Source of the DNA: Candidatus Lustribacter sp.
GTDB taxonomy: Bacteria; Vulcanimicrobiota; Vulcanimicrobiia; Vulcanimicrobiales; Vulcanimicrobiaceae
NCBI GenBank assembly: GCA_965277805.1
Contig: OZ255842.1
Span: 2,592,001 to 2,656,000 of the forward strand
DNA length: 64,000 nt
Direction of reading: 5' to 3'
Positions 1 through 10,631 of this stretch are shown here, one piece after another. The stretch's first letter is position 1. Each line of letters begins with the position of its first letter. The position numbers were made by a program, and so were the translations under genes. The notes under the pieces are model-generated. The model made no database searches, was not told the origin of the DNA, and saw only the letters and a program-made list of their open reading frames with translations.

Positions 1-943
1 CCTGGACGTCTTGCAGCGCCATGAAGTCGAACGGGTTTTTCGAGCCGTAGACCGGGCTGAAGCCCAGCGTCTTGAGCCGGCAATCGGCGATGTACTGCAG
101 GTAGTCTTTCATGTCGGCAACCGACAAGCCGGCAACGCCCTCGCTCAAGACGTCTTTCGCAAAGGCGAGTTCGCACTCGACAGCGTCGGCGAGCATTTGC
201 CGCACCGAGCCTTCGAGCGCGGGATCGAACAGTTCCGGGTGCTCGTAGCGGATCGTGTCGATCACGGTGAATGCGAAGTTCATGTGCATGCTCTCGTCGC
301 GGAACACCCAGTTGGTTCCCGCGGCGAGGCCGTTGAGCACGCCGCGCGAGCGTAGGAAATACACGTAGGCGAAGGCCGCGAAAAAGAACAGGCCTTCGAT
401 CGCCGCTGCAAACGTAATGAGGTTGAGCAGGAAGGCGCGGCGGCCGGCACTGGTCTCGATGCGCTCGAGCCCGTCGATCGAGCCGATCCATTTGAAGCAA
501 AACTCGGCCTTCGTCTTGATCGACGGGATGTTGTCGATCGCCGCGAACGCCAGCCTGCGTTCGCGGTCGTCGGGCACGTACGCATCGAGCAGCGTGAGGT
601 AGAATTGGATGTGCTGCGCTTCTTCGAAGAGCTGGCGCGAGAGATACATCCGCGCCTCGGGCGCGTTGATGTGCTTGTAGAGGTTGAGCACGAGGTTGTT
701 GGCTACGATCGTGTCGCCCGTCGCGAAGAACGCGACGAGGCGGCGGATCAGGTGCCGCTCGGCCGGGCTCAACCGCTCGCGCAGGTCGTGGAGATCGGTG
801 CTGAATTCGATCTCCTCGACGCTCCACGTATTCGCGATCGCATCCTTGTACATGTCGTAGAACTGGGGATAGCGCATCGGCCGGAGCGTGAGCTCGAAGC
901 CCGGATCGAGGATCGACGACGGCGCCGGCTCGCGTTCGATCAT
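1..943 (-). CDS. nrdB: Ribonucleotide reductase class Ia beta subunit (3' end runs off window)
   Basis: Missing from the ORF track; translated by hand from ATG 943 (ATGA overlap with nrdA stop): MIEREPAPSSILDPGFELTLRPMRYPQFYDMYKDAIANTWSVEE...FFATGD...EEAQHIQFY...IEG...RDESMH; diiron ligands and radical Tyr present. Confidence 0.95.
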   Translation of the reverse strand, partial: MIEREPAPSSILDPGFELTLRPMRYPQFYDMYKDAIANTWSVEEIEFSTDLHDLRERLSPAERHLIRRLVAFFATGDTIVANNLVLNLYKHINAPEARMYLSRQLFEEAQHIQFYLTLLDAYVPDDRERRLAFAAIDNIPSIKTKAEFCFKWIGSIDGLERIETSAGRRAFLLNLITFAAAIEGLFFFAAFAYVYFLRSRGVLNGLAAGTNWVFRDESMHMNFAFTVIDTIRYEHPELFDPALEGSVRQMLADAVECELAFAKDVLSEGVAGLSVADMKDYLQYIADCRLKTLGFSPVYGSKNPFDFMALQDVQ

Positions 944-3267
944 TGGCAGGCCTCGCAGCTTTCCGGATTTTCGAGCGAGCACGCGACGGCTTCCGCCGGG
1001 CGCAGCGTGGTCTTGGCGATGCGCGTCGCCGGGCGCGAACGCAGGTAGTACGTCGTCTTCAGGCCCTTCTTCCACGCATAGAGATACATGGATGAGAGCT
1101 TGCCGATGTTCGGGCTCTCGGCGAAGAGGTTGAGCGACTGGCTCTGATCGACGTAGGCGCCACGCGCGGCGGCGAGATCGATCAGTGCCTTCTGCGGCAG
1201 TTCCCACGTGGTGCGATAGCGCTCCCGCAGCGCCGCCGGAATCTCCTCGATGTCGGCGATCGAGCCCTCGGCGTGGGTGATGCGCTCGCGGATGTCTTCC
1301 GTCCAGAGACCGAGCTTCTTGAGATCGTTGACGAGGTAGGAGTTGATCTGCAAGAACTCGCCCGAGAGGGTCTCGCGCTTGAAGAGGTTGGAGATCTGCG
1401 GCTCGATGCACTCATAGCAGCCGCTGATCGAGGCGATCGTCGACGTCGGCGCAATTGCGATCAGGAGCGAATTGCGCAGGCCCTGGGCCTTGATGCGCGC
1501 GCGCAGCGACTCCCAACGCTCCGGGTCGGCCGGCGTTACGCCCCAAGCGTCGAACTGCAGCTCGCCGCGCGCGGCACGGCTCTCCGCGAAGGCCGGGTGC
1601 GGCCCCTGTTCCTCAGCGAGTTGGCAGCTCGTGAGCAGCGCGTGGAAGTAGATCTCTTCTTGAATGCGCGTCGAGACCTTCAGCGCTTCCTCGCTGTCAA
1701 AGGGCAGGCCGAGGACGAAAAAGACGTCTTGCAAGCCCATGATGCCGAGCGCCACCGGACGCCACTCGTTGTTCGAGGCTTCGGCCGATTCGATCGGATA
1801 GAACGTCTTGTCGATCACGGCGTTGAGCTGACGCACGGCGAGGCGCACGGTGTGCGCGAGCTTCGCGTAGTCGAAGCCGTTTTCGGTCACGTGCTGCTTG
1901 AGGTTGATCGAGCCGAGGTTGCACACGGCGGTGCGGCCCGCGCGCGTGACCTCGATGATTTCGGTGCACAGGTTCGAGAGATGAACGACGTTCTCGCCTT
2001 CGGCGGTCTGGTTGCTCTTGATGTTGGAGGCGTCTTTGAACGTCATCCAGCCCTGGCCGGTTTGCGCGAGCGTCCGCATCATCTTGCCGTAGATGTCGCG
2101 CGCCGGCACCTCGCGCACGGCGAGACCGGCGGCCTCCGCAGCGCAGTACGCCGAGGCGAACGCCTCACCAAACAGATCGGTGAACTGGGGCACGTCTTGC
2201 GGATCGAAAAGCGACCACGGCAGATCTTGCTCCACTCGCTGCATGAAGAGGTCGGGAATCCAGTTGGCAAGATTGATGTTGTGCGTGCGGCGGGCGTCGT
2301 CGCCCGTGTTGTCGCGCAGTTCGAGGAACTCTTCGATGTCGGCGTGCCACGGCTCGAGGTAGACGCACGCAGCGCCTTTGCGCTTGCCGCCTTGGTTCAC
2401 GGCCGCCACCGACGCATCGAGCGTCTTGAGGAACGGCACGATGCCCATCGACTTTCCGTTCGTCCCGCGGATCAGCGAGCCGCGGCTGCGCACGCGCGTG
2501 TAGCCCACGCCGATGCCGCCCGAGAACTTCGAAAGCAGCGCGATGTCGCGGTAGCCGTCGTAGATCGCTTCGAGATCGTCTTTGGGTGAATCGAGCAGAA
2601 AGCACGATGAGAGCTGCGGGTGCGCTGTGCCCGAATTGAACAGCGTGGGCGAGCTCGGCATGTAGTCGAGCGAGGAGAACAGCTCGTAGAACGCGATCGC
2701 TTCTTGCGCCGACGCCGCGACGCCGCAGGCAACGCGCAGGAAGAACTGCTGCGGCGTCTCGATCACCGTGCGCTTCTTCGGATCGCGCAGCAGATAGCGG
2801 TCGTAGAGCGTGCGCAGGCCGAAGTATTCGAAGAGGACGCTGCGCGAATCGTCGATCGCGTCGTTGAGCTTGCGGCTGTTCGCCATGACGAAGCCGGCGA
2901 GATCTTCGGCAATCAGGCCCACGCGGTAGCCCGCGGCCACGGATTGCGAAAACGAATGGATCTCTTGACCGCCGACTTCTTTATCGATGTAGGTCGAGAG
3001 CAGGCGCGCGGCAAGCTGCGAGTAGGCCGGCTCCTCTGTGGTCAGCATGGCCGCGGTCTGGATAGAGAGCTGGTCGAGCTCTTGCGTCGTGGCGCCGTTA
3101 TACAGACCGCTGATGGTCTTGGTCGCGACGCGCAGTGGGTCGACGCCCGCGAGACCTTCACAGCAGCGCGAGACGGCGCGGACGATCTTGTTGACGTCAG
3201 CGGGCTCGAGTGAGCCGTTGCGCTTACGGACCTGCATCGCACCGGCGACCGAAGTTGAGATTTCCAT
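940..3267 (-). CDS. nrdA: Ribonucleotide reductase class Ia alpha subunit with N-terminal ATP cone
   Basis: VRKRNG ATP cone, SSPTLFNSG, LSSCF, SNLCTEI, APTSTIAS, LKTTYYLRS, C-terminal CEACQ. Confidence 0.97.
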   Translation of the reverse strand: MEISTSVAGAMQVRKRNGSLEPADVNKIVRAVSRCCEGLAGVDPLRVATKTISGLYNGATTQELDQLSIQTAAMLTTEEPAYSQLAARLLSTYIDKEVGGQEIHSFSQSVAAGYRVGLIAEDLAGFVMANSRKLNDAIDDSRSVLFEYFGLRTLYDRYLLRDPKKRTVIETPQQFFLRVACGVAASAQEAIAFYELFSSLDYMPSSPTLFNSGTAHPQLSSCFLLDSPKDDLEAIYDGYRDIALLSKFSGGIGVGYTRVRSRGSLIRGTNGKSMGIVPFLKTLDASVAAVNQGGKRKGAACVYLEPWHADIEEFLELRDNTGDDARRTHNINLANWIPDLFMQRVEQDLPWSLFDPQDVPQFTDLFGEAFASAYCAAEAAGLAVREVPARDIYGKMMRTLAQTGQGWMTFKDASNIKSNQTAEGENVVHLSNLCTEIIEVTRAGRTAVCNLGSINLKQHVTENGFDYAKLAHTVRLAVRQLNAVIDKTFYPIESAEASNNEWRPVALGIMGLQDVFFVLGLPFDSEEALKVSTRIQEEIYFHALLTSCQLAEEQGPHPAFAESRAARGELQFDAWGVTPADPERWESLRARIKAQGLRNSLLIAIAPTSTIASISGCYECIEPQISNLFKRETLSGEFLQINSYLVNDLKKLGLWTEDIRERITHAEGSIADIEEIPAALRERYRTTWELPQKALIDLAAARGAYVDQSQSLNLFAESPNIGKLSSMYLYAWKKGLKTTYYLRSRPATRIAKTTLRPAEAVACSLENPESCEACQ

Positions 3268-3382
3268 GCCGTTCCCCTCGAGAAGTGAACGCTCGGGGAG
3301 AAGCTGCTGCCGCCGCCGGGGGATCGGCCGATCCCGGTGCGCTCAAACAACGTTCGCTTTCTCCGAGCGAAGTGTCCATCTC

Positions 3383-3547
3383 GTTGGGCAGGTCTTCGGA
3401 CTCGAGGGCCCAGCTTGCGCTGCCTACTTGCCACCCTTCCCAGCCGCGAGGCCAGTGGTCTGTGGCGTTCGTTCCCTCTTACCGCTGCGGGACAGTCCCG
3501 GATTTGCACCGGGTTCCCTTTTGAGACGCCTGCGCGTCACCCACCGA
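3383..3547 (-). ncRNA. Cobalamin (B12) riboswitch in the nrdAB leader
   Basis: Minus strand reads AAGGGAACCCGGTGCAAATCCGGGACTGTCCCGCAGCGGT...CCACTG...GGGAAG...GAGTCCGAAGACCTGCC, the conserved B12-element/B12-box motifs; ends approximate. Confidence 0.93.
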
Positions 3548-3550
3548 GAA

Positions 3551-3566
3551 GCACTATATATAGTGC
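3551..3566. promoter_or_regulatory. NrdR box 1
   Basis: Perfect 16-bp palindrome GCACTATATATAGTGC fitting acaCwAtATaTwGtgt, upstream of nrdA. Confidence 0.88.
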
Positions 3567-3582
3567 TGGGAGGCCTATACGG

Positions 3583-3598
3583 CGACTAGATGTTGTGG
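3583..3598. promoter_or_regulatory. NrdR box 2
   Basis: CGACTAGATGTTGTGG, degenerate match starting 32 bp after box 1, the usual tandem arrangement. Confidence 0.75.
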
Positions 3599-3613
3599 TC
3601 CTTGGTGCCCATG

Positions 3614-5038
3614 TCAGGGTGACACAAACAAGTCGACGTACTCGTTGACGGGGGTGACCTCGAGCACGCTCCGGTCGAGGCTGGCCTTGAGGATCCGCTC
3701 TGATTGCTCGGCTGCGAACCGGCGGCCGAGGTTCGTGACGAACTTTTTCTCGAGCAGCGGGATGCCCTCAGCGCGGCGGCGCTTATGGCCGAGCGGGTAC
3801 TCGACGACGGCCTCGGGCAGCTTCGTGCCGTCCGTGAATTCCACGGTGATGCCGTTGGCGATCGAACGCTTCTCCGGATCGTGGTAGTCCCGCGTGAACG
3901 CCGGGTCTTCGATGCAGATCATTTTGGCGCGGAGCGCATCGATGCGCGGATCACCCGCGCGCGCGTCTTCGTAATCTTCCGCCGTAAGCTGGCCGAAGAG
4001 CAGCGGGACGGCGACCATGTACTGGATGCAGTGGTCGCGGTCGGCCGGGTTGTTGAGCGGGCCGCTCTTGTCGATGATGCGGATCGCCGCCTCATGCGTG
4101 CGAATCGTGATCTTCGCGATGTCTGCGATGCGATGCTCGACCTGCGGGTGCAAGGCCATCGCGGCCTCGACCGCCGTCTGCGCGTGAAATTCCGCCGGAA
4201 ACGCGACCTTGAAGAGCACGTTTTCCATTACGTAGGACCCGTACGGGCGCTGGAACGTAAACGGCTTGCCGCGGAACGAGACGTCATAGAAGCCCCACGT
4301 CTTGGCCGTGAGCACCGACGGATAGCCCATTTCGCCGGTCTTTGCCATCAGCGCGAGACGCACGGCGCGGCTGGTCGCATCGCCGGCGGCCCAGCTCTTG
4401 CGCGAGCCGGTGTTCGGGGCGTGGCGGTACGTCCGCAGGCTCTGGCCGTCGACCCACGCGAGCGAGAGCGCGTTGAGCAGTTGATCGCGCGTGAGGCCGA
4501 GCATGCGCGAGACGACCGCCGTCGAGGCGACCTTCACCAGCACAACGTGATCGAGCCCGACCGCGTTGAACGAATTCTCGAGCGCGATGCAGCCTTGAAT
4601 CTCGTGCGCTTTGATCATTGCTTCGAGTACCGCGCGCATCGTCAACGGTTTACCGCCGCCGGCAATGGCCGTACGCGAGAGCCAATCGGCGGTCGCGAGA
4701 ATGCCGCCGAGATTGTCGGAGGGATGGCCCCACTCCGCCGCGAGCCACGTATCGTTGAAGTCGAGCCAGCGAATCATCGCGCCGATGTTGAACGCTGCTT
4801 GAACCGGGTCGAGTTGATACGACGTCCCCGGCACCTTCGCGCCGTTGGGAACGACCGTTCCCGCGACGATCGGGCCGAGCAGCTTCGTGCAGGCCGGGTA
4901 CTCGAGCGCTTCGAGGCCGCACCCGAGCGTGTCGATCAGGCAGTTGCGCGCCGTCTCGAACGCGAGCTCGCTCGTTACTTCGTAGTTAAGGACGTAGTCG
5001 GCGATGTCGAGCAGAACCTGATCGAACGGTTGCGCCAC
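3614..5038 (-). CDS. prpD: 2-methylcitrate dehydratase
   Basis: [51 protein letters not shown] start at 5038 overlaps prpC stop. Confidence 0.96.
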   Translation of the reverse strand: MAQPFDQVLLDIADYVLNYEVTSELAFETARNCLIDTLGCGLEALEYPACTKLLGPIVAGTVVPNGAKVPGTSYQLDPVQAAFNIGAMIRWLDFNDTWLAAEWGHPSDNLGGILATADWLSRTAIAGGGKPLTMRAVLEAMIKAHEIQGCIALENSFNAVGLDHVVLVKVASTAVVSRMLGLTRDQLLNALSLAWVDGQSLRTYRHAPNTGSRKSWAAGDATSRAVRLALMAKTGEMGYPSVLTAKTWGFYDVSFRGKPFTFQRPYGSYVMENVLFKVAFPAEFHAQTAVEAAMALHPQVEHRIADIAKITIRTHEAAIRIIDKSGPLNNPADRDHCIQYMVAVPLLFGQLTAEDYEDARAGDPRIDALRAKMICIEDPAFTRDYHDPEKRSIANGITVEFTDGTKLPEAVVEYPLGHKRRRAEGIPLLEKKFVTNLGRRFAAEQSERILKASLDRSVLEVTPVNEYVDLFVSP

Positions 5039-6186
5039 TATTTGCGGCTCGCGATCGGGACGTAGGCAAGATCGTCGGGGCCGATGTAGTTGGCGCCCGG
5101 ACGGACGATCGTCCCCTGCGAGCGCTGTTCGATGATGTGCGCCGCCCAGCCGCAGGTCCGCGCGATCACGAACAGCGGGGTGAACATCTCGGTCGGGACG
5201 TCCATGAGGCTGTAGCTCACGGCCGAGAACCAGTCGAGGTTGGGAAACATTTTCTTGGCATCCCACATGACCGACTCGATGCGTTCCGCTACCGAATAGA
5301 GCGTCATCGTATCGCGGGCCTGGGCGAGTTCGCGTGCAACGCCTTTGATGATCACGTTGCGCGGATCCACACTCGTGTACACCGGATGGCCGAAGCCGAT
5401 GATCACCTCTTTGTTCTCGACGCGCTTGCGGATGTCGGCCTCCGCCGCATCGGGGTCGTCGTAGCGGCTCTGCACGATGAACGCGGCTTCGTTGGCACCG
5501 CCGTGCTTGGGGCCTTTCAGCGCGCCGATCGCACCGCCGATTGCCGAGTAGATGTCGGACCCGGTGCTCGCGATGACGCGTGACGTGAAGGTTGACGCGT
5601 TGAACTCATGCTCGGCGTAGAGCACGAGCGAGATGTGCATGTCGCGCGCCCACTCTTTGGACGGCGCCTTCCCGTGCAGCAAGTGCAGAAAATGTTCGCC
5701 GATCGAGTCGTCGTCGGTCTCGACCTCGATCCGCCGCCCCGACCGTGCGAAGTGATACCAGTACAACAGCATCGACCCGAACGACGCCAGCAGCCGGTCG
5801 GCGCAATCCCGCGCGCCGACGTCGTTATGATCGAGCGGCTCCGGCAGCGCGGTCGAGAGCGCCGCGACGCCCGCGTGCAAAACGTCCATCGGGTGCGCCG
5901 CGGCCGGGATCTGTTCGAGCACGTTGCGCACGACGAGCGGCAGGCCGCGCAGCGATTTCAACTTCGACTTATAGTTAGCAAGCTCGGCGCGCGTCGGCAG
6001 TTTCCCGTACAGCACGAGGTAGGCGACCTCTTCGAACTCGGCGTGGGCCGCCAAGTCGCGCACGTCGTAGCCGCGGTAGCGCAGATCGTCGCCGTGTCCG
6101 ACGGTGCTGATTGCGGTGTTCCCGGCAATGACGCCGGAGAGCGCGACCGAGCGCTTCGTTTTGGGGGTATTGGTGGTGGTGGTCAT
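5038..6186 (-). CDS. prpC: 2-methylcitrate synthase
   Basis: [45 protein letters not shown] 6186. Confidence 0.96.
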   Translation of the reverse strand: MTTTTNTPKTKRSVALSGVIAGNTAISTVGHGDDLRYRGYDVRDLAAHAEFEEVAYLVLYGKLPTRAELANYKSKLKSLRGLPLVVRNVLEQIPAAAHPMDVLHAGVAALSTALPEPLDHNDVGARDCADRLLASFGSMLLYWYHFARSGRRIEVETDDDSIGEHFLHLLHGKAPSKEWARDMHISLVLYAEHEFNASTFTSRVIASTGSDIYSAIGGAIGALKGPKHGGANEAAFIVQSRYDDPDAAEADIRKRVENKEVIIGFGHPVYTSVDPRNVIIKGVARELAQARDTMTLYSVAERIESVMWDAKKMFPNLDWFSAVSYSLMDVPTEMFTPLFVIARTCGWAAHIIEQRSQGTIVRPGANYIGPDDLAYVPIASRK

Positions 6187-7067
6187 CAGCTCTTGTCCTC
6201 TTTGAACAACTCGTCGAGCTTCTGCTCGTAAGCGTAGTAGTCGAGAAATTCGTACATGTCGTTGCGCGTCTGCATGAACGGGATCGCCTCGCGCTGGGTT
6301 CCGGTGCTGCGGATCGTCTCGTAGACGTTCAGCGCCGCCAAGTTCATCGCGCGATACGCGGAACAGCAGTATAAGACGATGTCGACGTCCGCGCTCGCGA
6401 GCTCGTCCTTGGTGAAGATCGGCGTTACGCCGAACTCGGTGATGTTCGCGAGGATGGGAACGCCGACGGCAGCTTTGAAGCGGCGATACGAGTCGAGATC
6501 GGCGACCGCTTCGGCGAAGATCATATCCGCGCCGGCGGCCACGTAGGCGCGCGCGCGCGCGATGCCCGCCTCGAGGCCTTCGGAGGCGACGGCATCGGTA
6601 CGCGCCATGATAACGAACTGATCGTCGGTCCGCGCGTCGACCGCCGCAACGATGCGATCGCACATCTCATCGCTCGAGACGATTTCCTTGCCCGGACGAT
6701 GACCGCAGCGTTTCTCCGAAACCTGGTCCTCGAGATGGATGCCGGCCGCGCCGGCCTTGATCATCGAGCGCACGGTTCGCGCGATGTTGAATGCACCACC
6801 CCAGCCGGTGTCGGCGTCCACGAGCAACGGCAGCTCGGTGATGTCGGTAATGCGCCGGACGTCGGTGAGCACGTCGTCGAGCGTGCTGATGCCGAGGTCG
6901 GGCAAGCCCAGCGAATTCACCGCGACGCCGCCGCCGGATAAGTACAGCGCGCGAAAGCCGGTCCGCTCGGCCATCCGCGCGGCGAAGGCGTTGATCGCGC
7001 CGACGACTTGCAGCGGCTTCTCTGCGGCGACGGCGGCGCGAAAGCGCCCGCCCGCGGAGAGGCTCAT
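6186..7067 (-). CDS. prpB: 2-methylisocitrate lyase
   Basis: [31 protein letters not shown] 7067 (ATGA overlap). Confidence 0.96.
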   Translation of the reverse strand: MSLSAGGRFRAAVAAEKPLQVVGAINAFAARMAERTGFRALYLSGGGVAVNSLGLPDLGISTLDDVLTDVRRITDITELPLLVDADTGWGGAFNIARTVRSMIKAGAAGIHLEDQVSEKRCGHRPGKEIVSSDEMCDRIVAAVDARTDDQFVIMARTDAVASEGLEAGIARARAYVAAGADMIFAEAVADLDSYRRFKAAVGVPILANITEFGVTPIFTKDELASADVDIVLYCCSAYRAMNLAALNVYETIRSTGTQREAIPFMQTRNDMYEFLDYYAYEQKLDELFKEDKS

Positions 7068-7432
7068 ACGCGCGGTGCCGGCCGGCCGTCGTGATCGACG
7101 ACCACCATGACGAAGCGCGACACGCTGCACAGGCGCCGCTCGCCGGTGAGGAGGTTCTCGGAAAACAATTCGGTCTCCACGGTCAACGAGCTCGTGCCGC
7201 GATCCACGACGCGCGCGAGCACCTCGGCCAAGTCGCCTTGCCGGATCGGCTCGTGAAAGCTTGTGCGATCGAGCGATGCCATCACGACGTGTTTGCGTGC
7301 GTCGCGCGACGCCGCAATGAAGGCGGCCGTGCCCATGAGTTTGAGCGCTTCCCCGCCGAACAGCGTCCCGTAGTGGTTCGTTTGGTTCGGAAATACCATC
7401 TCCGACACAACCGTGACATCTTCACCGGCCAT
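7064..7432 (-). CDS. Acyl-CoA thioesterase (hotdog, YciA-like)
   Basis: [21 protein letters not shown] motif; first gene of the prp operon. Confidence 0.88.
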   Translation of the reverse strand: MAGEDVTVVSEMVFPNQTNHYGTLFGGEALKLMGTAAFIAASRDARKHVVMASLDRTSFHEPIRQGDLAEVLARVVDRGTSSLTVETELFSENLLTGERRLCSVSRFVMVVVDHDGRPAPRV

Positions 7433-7485
7433 CCGGCGGTCTTCGGACTTGGGGGTGGGCAGTCCCGGATACGGGGTGCGCCGCC

Positions 7486-7872
7486 ATGCCGGCCGAAGCA
7501 GCTGGTGTGCTCCGCATCGCCCTAGCCGCCGGCTTCTGCATCGACTTCTTCGTCGGCCTCTTATGCGTCTTCGCTCAGCCGCTGCTGCAGCCGTTGCTGG
7601 ACATCCCGGTGAAGGACCCCGCCGTCACCACCATCGCGGGCGGCGAATTGCTGGTCGCCGCCGGCATCTACGCGTTCGTGTTTCGCGATCCGCAACGCTG
7701 GCGGCCGCTGCTCTGGCTCTGCGCGCTGGATCAGGCATTCGGCGTCCTGCTGCCGGCGATCGAAATCGCGCGCGGTCACGCACCGGCAACGCTAAAAACG
7801 CTTGGGCCGATGCCGCTGCAGTTGCTCCTGATGGTGATCTATATTGTAAGCGCAAGACGCGTGGCGCGATGA
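7486..7872 (+). CDS. Hypothetical membrane protein
   Basis: About four hydrophobic segments; ATGA-coupled to mce. Confidence 0.7.
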   Translation: MPAEAAGVLRIALAAGFCIDFFVGLLCVFAQPLLQPLLDIPVKDPAVTTIAGGELLVAAGIYAFVFRDPQRWRPLLWLCALDQAFGVLLPAIEIARGHAPATLKTLGPMPLQLLLMVIYIVSARRVAR

Positions 7873-8279
7873 TCGACGCGCCGATCGATCACGTCGGGAT
7901 CGTCGTCGGCGACCTCGACGAAGCGGTTGCGTTGTATACGCAGACGCTCGGGTTTACCGAAACGCATCGCGAGATCATTGCGGATCAGGGCATCGAACTG
8001 ATCGGGCTGCGCGCGGGCGATGCGACGATCGAGCTGTTGCGCCCCCTCGATGAGAACTCGCCGATCGCGAAATTCCGCGGCACTGCTGCGACGAAGCTCC
8101 ATCATATGGCGTATCGAGTCACCGACATCGCGGTCGAGCTTGCGCGGCTCAAAGCGCAAGGTGTGCGGCTAATCGACGAGCGGCCGCGGCTTGGCGCTAA
8201 CGGCAACACTATCGCGTTTTTGCACCCGAGCTCGACCGGCGGCGTGTTGATCGAACTCTGCGAACACCGTGGGGACTAG
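7869..8279 (+). CDS. mce: Methylmalonyl-CoA epimerase (VOC family)
   Basis: IDHVGIVV, IELLRPLDENSPIAKF, LHHMAYRV, FLHPSSTGGVLIEL. Confidence 0.9.
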   Translation: MIDAPIDHVGIVVGDLDEAVALYTQTLGFTETHREIIADQGIELIGLRAGDATIELLRPLDENSPIAKFRGTAATKLHHMAYRVTDIAVELARLKAQGVRLIDERPRLGANGNTIAFLHPSSTGGVLIELCEHRGD

Positions 8280-9805
8280 TGGGGGGCGAGGCGGATGTTG
8301 AGTTCGGTTTCGAAGGTGCGGTCCCAGGGGAGCGTGATCGTTAGGCCCATGTCTTGGTAGAGCGGGTAAATCGACGCTAGCAGTTTGAGGGCTTGCGGCC
8401 AGAGAGCGGCGCGGTTTTGCGAGGCGGCGTAACTGGCGGCATCGGGCAAGAGGTAGGTGTGGTCGTCGATGCCGCGCTTGCTCAGATCGCCGTTCACCGC
8501 GCCGCGCACGAAGTCGTGGAACGCGTAGTCGTCGGCGTAACGATCGAGCATGAATTGCGCGTGCGCGACCGCATCGTAGCTTTGCGTTACCTGCCCGGCG
8601 AGCGTTGCAATCGCCACCGGTACCGCGGTGCCGATCGTGTTGGCGGTCGTGTTCCACGAGGCGAAGGCATCGATCTTGCCGGCGATGCCACGCGCGATCA
8701 TCGCTTCCACCAGCGCGCGCTGTTCGTCCATGTTGTCGGCGTCGAGAAAGGTCAGGTCGGCGACCGCCGGCCGCGGCGTCTTCGCGCCGTCAACCGTTTC
8801 GGCCGCAATCGCATCGACGAACGTGCTCTCATCGACATCACTCGTGCCGGGAACGCGGACAAAGAGATCGATGTCCGCGTTCGCATCGCCGCCGGGAACG
8901 CGCGTGCCGCCGCAGGCGCGGATGATGTCGCCGATCGTCGTGTCGATCGGCGCGAATTCGAGCGGGTCTTGCACGCTGCCGCCGTCGGCGCGCGAATAGC
9001 GCACGCGAATGTGCGGCGAGAGATGCGCGGCGCGCGCGATCTCGGCACCGGTGAGGATCATGCCCAGCTCATCCGCGCCCGGTTCGATCGACGCGCGATC
9101 GCGAGGCAGCCAGCGTTGCGCGAACGATCGCAGCGCGGCGAGATCGCGCAAGTGCAGCCCCACCGGGCCGGCGTCGTCTTGACCGATGACGATGCGGTCG
9201 AACGATCCTTCGGCCGTGAGCTGCAGCGCGAACAGGTCGACGTCGCGATCGCGCGCGCGCGTCGCTAAATACGCCGGCAGATCGCCGCCCAGCTGACCGG
9301 CAAGTTTTGCGGCCAAGGCCTTCTGCTCCGCGGTCTGCGGCGGATCGGGCAAGTTGGCGTACTGCGTGAGCCAATCGACCGGCGGACCGGCGGCGAAGAA
9401 CTGCGCGGCGCCGCCGATCGCGGGCACACCGGTCGGCGCGAGCCGCATCACCGTGCCGAAGAGCGCAAACCGCGCCTCCGGCCGCTGCGCGCGAAACGCG
9501 GCGAGGTCGCGCAAGCGCGTCTGCGCGACGTACGCCGGCGTTCCCGGCGCGCGCGAAGCCACGAGCCCGCCGAAGTCGAGCATGTCGGTGGAGAGGATGA
9601 ACGCCGACGCGTCGCGCGGCGCTTCATCGCGCAGCCAGCGCGCCAGCGCCTGCGGATCGCCCGGGGTAAGGTAGTTGCCGAGCAGCGGCCGCGGCGGCGT
9701 TGCGACCCGCACGCCGGCGATCGCACCGAGCATCTTCGGGAGCTGCAGCGTCACGGGGCGATCGTCCAGCGGAACCAGGACGAACGTCGCCGCAAGCGCC
9801 AGCAG
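8276..9805 (-). CDS. DUF4127 family protein (start uncertain: CTG 9805 or GTG 9754)
   Basis: FVLVPLDDRP N-terminal motif, STDMLDFGGLVASR, GQDDA, PGADE, ASWNTTANTIG, LPWDRTFE. Confidence 0.75.
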   Translation of the reverse strand: MLALAATFVLVPLDDRPVTLQLPKMLGAIAGVRVATPPRPLLGNYLTPGDPQALARWLRDEAPRDASAFILSTDMLDFGGLVASRAPGTPAYVAQTRLRDLAAFRAQRPEARFALFGTVMRLAPTGVPAIGGAAQFFAAGPPVDWLTQYANLPDPPQTAEQKALAAKLAGQLGGDLPAYLATRARDRDVDLFALQLTAEGSFDRIVIGQDDAGPVGLHLRDLAALRSFAQRWLPRDRASIEPGADELGMILTGAEIARAAHLSPHIRVRYSRADGGSVQDPLEFAPIDTTIGDIIRACGGTRVPGGDANADIDLFVRVPGTSDVDESTFVDAIAAETVDGAKTPRPAVADLTFLDADNMDEQRALVEAMIARGIAGKIDAFASWNTTANTIGTAVPVAIATLAGQVTQSYDAVAHAQFMLDRYADDYAFHDFVRGAVNGDLSKRGIDDHTYLLPDAASYAASQNRAALWPQALKLLASIYPLYQDMGLTITLPWDRTFETELNIRLAPH

Positions 9806-9806
9806 G

Positions 9807-10199
9807 CTAACTACGGAAACCGTAGAGTCCGTGTCCGTTCGGATCGGCGACGAAGATCTTATAGGCCTTCTTCACGCCGAGCGACTGCGTGTAGAAAACG
9901 TGCACCGGCGTGTCGGGCTGCAGGTGCGTCGTCTGCACGCTCTTGCCGTCGCGGAGATTCGTGTAGCGCGGAAGGTAGAGAAACGACTGATCGGAAGCGT
10001 TGCCGTCGATGCAGTGCACCCGCATGTTCAAGTCCGAGACGTGGCGCACGTAGCCGTGGCACTCCTTGAACTTCCCACCGGGCGGCAGCGTGCCGTTGTC
10101 GTCAGGCGGCGGCGTCTGTGCCAGCGCCGGTGCGGCGACTAATGTCGCGAGCGCCGCTGCGGCAAGCAACCGGCGAAGCAGCGCGAAGAGGGACGTCAT
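9807..10199 (-). CDS. Secreted hypothetical protein (small beta-barrel/OB-like)
   Basis: Signal peptide MTSLFALLRRLLAAAALATLVAAPALA followed by beta-rich domain. Confidence 0.7.
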   Translation of the reverse strand: MTSLFALLRRLLAAAALATLVAAPALAQTPPPDDNGTLPPGGKFKECHGYVRHVSDLNMRVHCIDGNASDQSFLYLPRYTNLRDGKSVQTTHLQPDTPVHVFYTQSLGVKKAYKIFVADPNGHGLYGFRS

Positions 10200-10211
10200 G
10201 GTGATCCTTTC

Positions 10212-10631
10212 ATGATCGAGTGCCGCACGATGGCGAGCGCCGAACGCTACGATGCGTTTGCGTTGATGGAGCGTTTCCGCACCGATACGGCGGCGCTCGG
10301 CGAAGCGCTTTCGCTCTTCATCGACCGCCCCGATTTCGGATTTGTTTGGCTGGCCTACCTCGACGATCATGCTGCGGCGTGCGCTTCGGCCTCGCTCGGC
10401 ATCGATACGGAGACCGGCGGTCTGCTCGCGACGGTACGCGATCTCTTCGTACTGCCGGACCAGCGCCGGCACGGCATCGGCTCGGCGCTGCTGATCACCC
10501 TGCAAGGCCGGCTCAAGGCGCTCGACGTGACCCGCATCGAGGCCGTGTGCGGCGCCGATCCCTCGCTGCTCGGTTTCTTCGAAGCGCGCGGGTACCGGCT
10601 CAACAGCGCGTCGTTCACGATTCGTCCATGA
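10212..10631 (+). CDS. GNAT family N-acetyltransferase
   Basis: DLFVLPDQRRHGIGSALL acetyl-CoA motif A, FFEARGY. Confidence 0.85.
   Translation: MIECRTMASAERYDAFALMERFRTDTAALGEALSLFIDRPDFGFVWLAYLDDHAAACASASLGIDTETGGLLATVRDLFVLPDQRRHGIGSALLITLQGRLKALDVTRIEAVCGADPSLLGFFEARGYRLNSASFTIRP

Noticed and set aside
1-943. Class Ic or metal-free RNR beta subunit
   Set aside because: The Asp first ligand, other carboxylate/His ligands and radical Tyr are all present, as in class Ia
1273-2589. Long ORFs antisense to or overlapping real genes (also 3704-5065, 11184-12977, 19644-20987, 37595-39109, 55179-56741, 56862-58301)
   Set aside because: Shadow ORFs typical of high-GC codon bias; no family motifs
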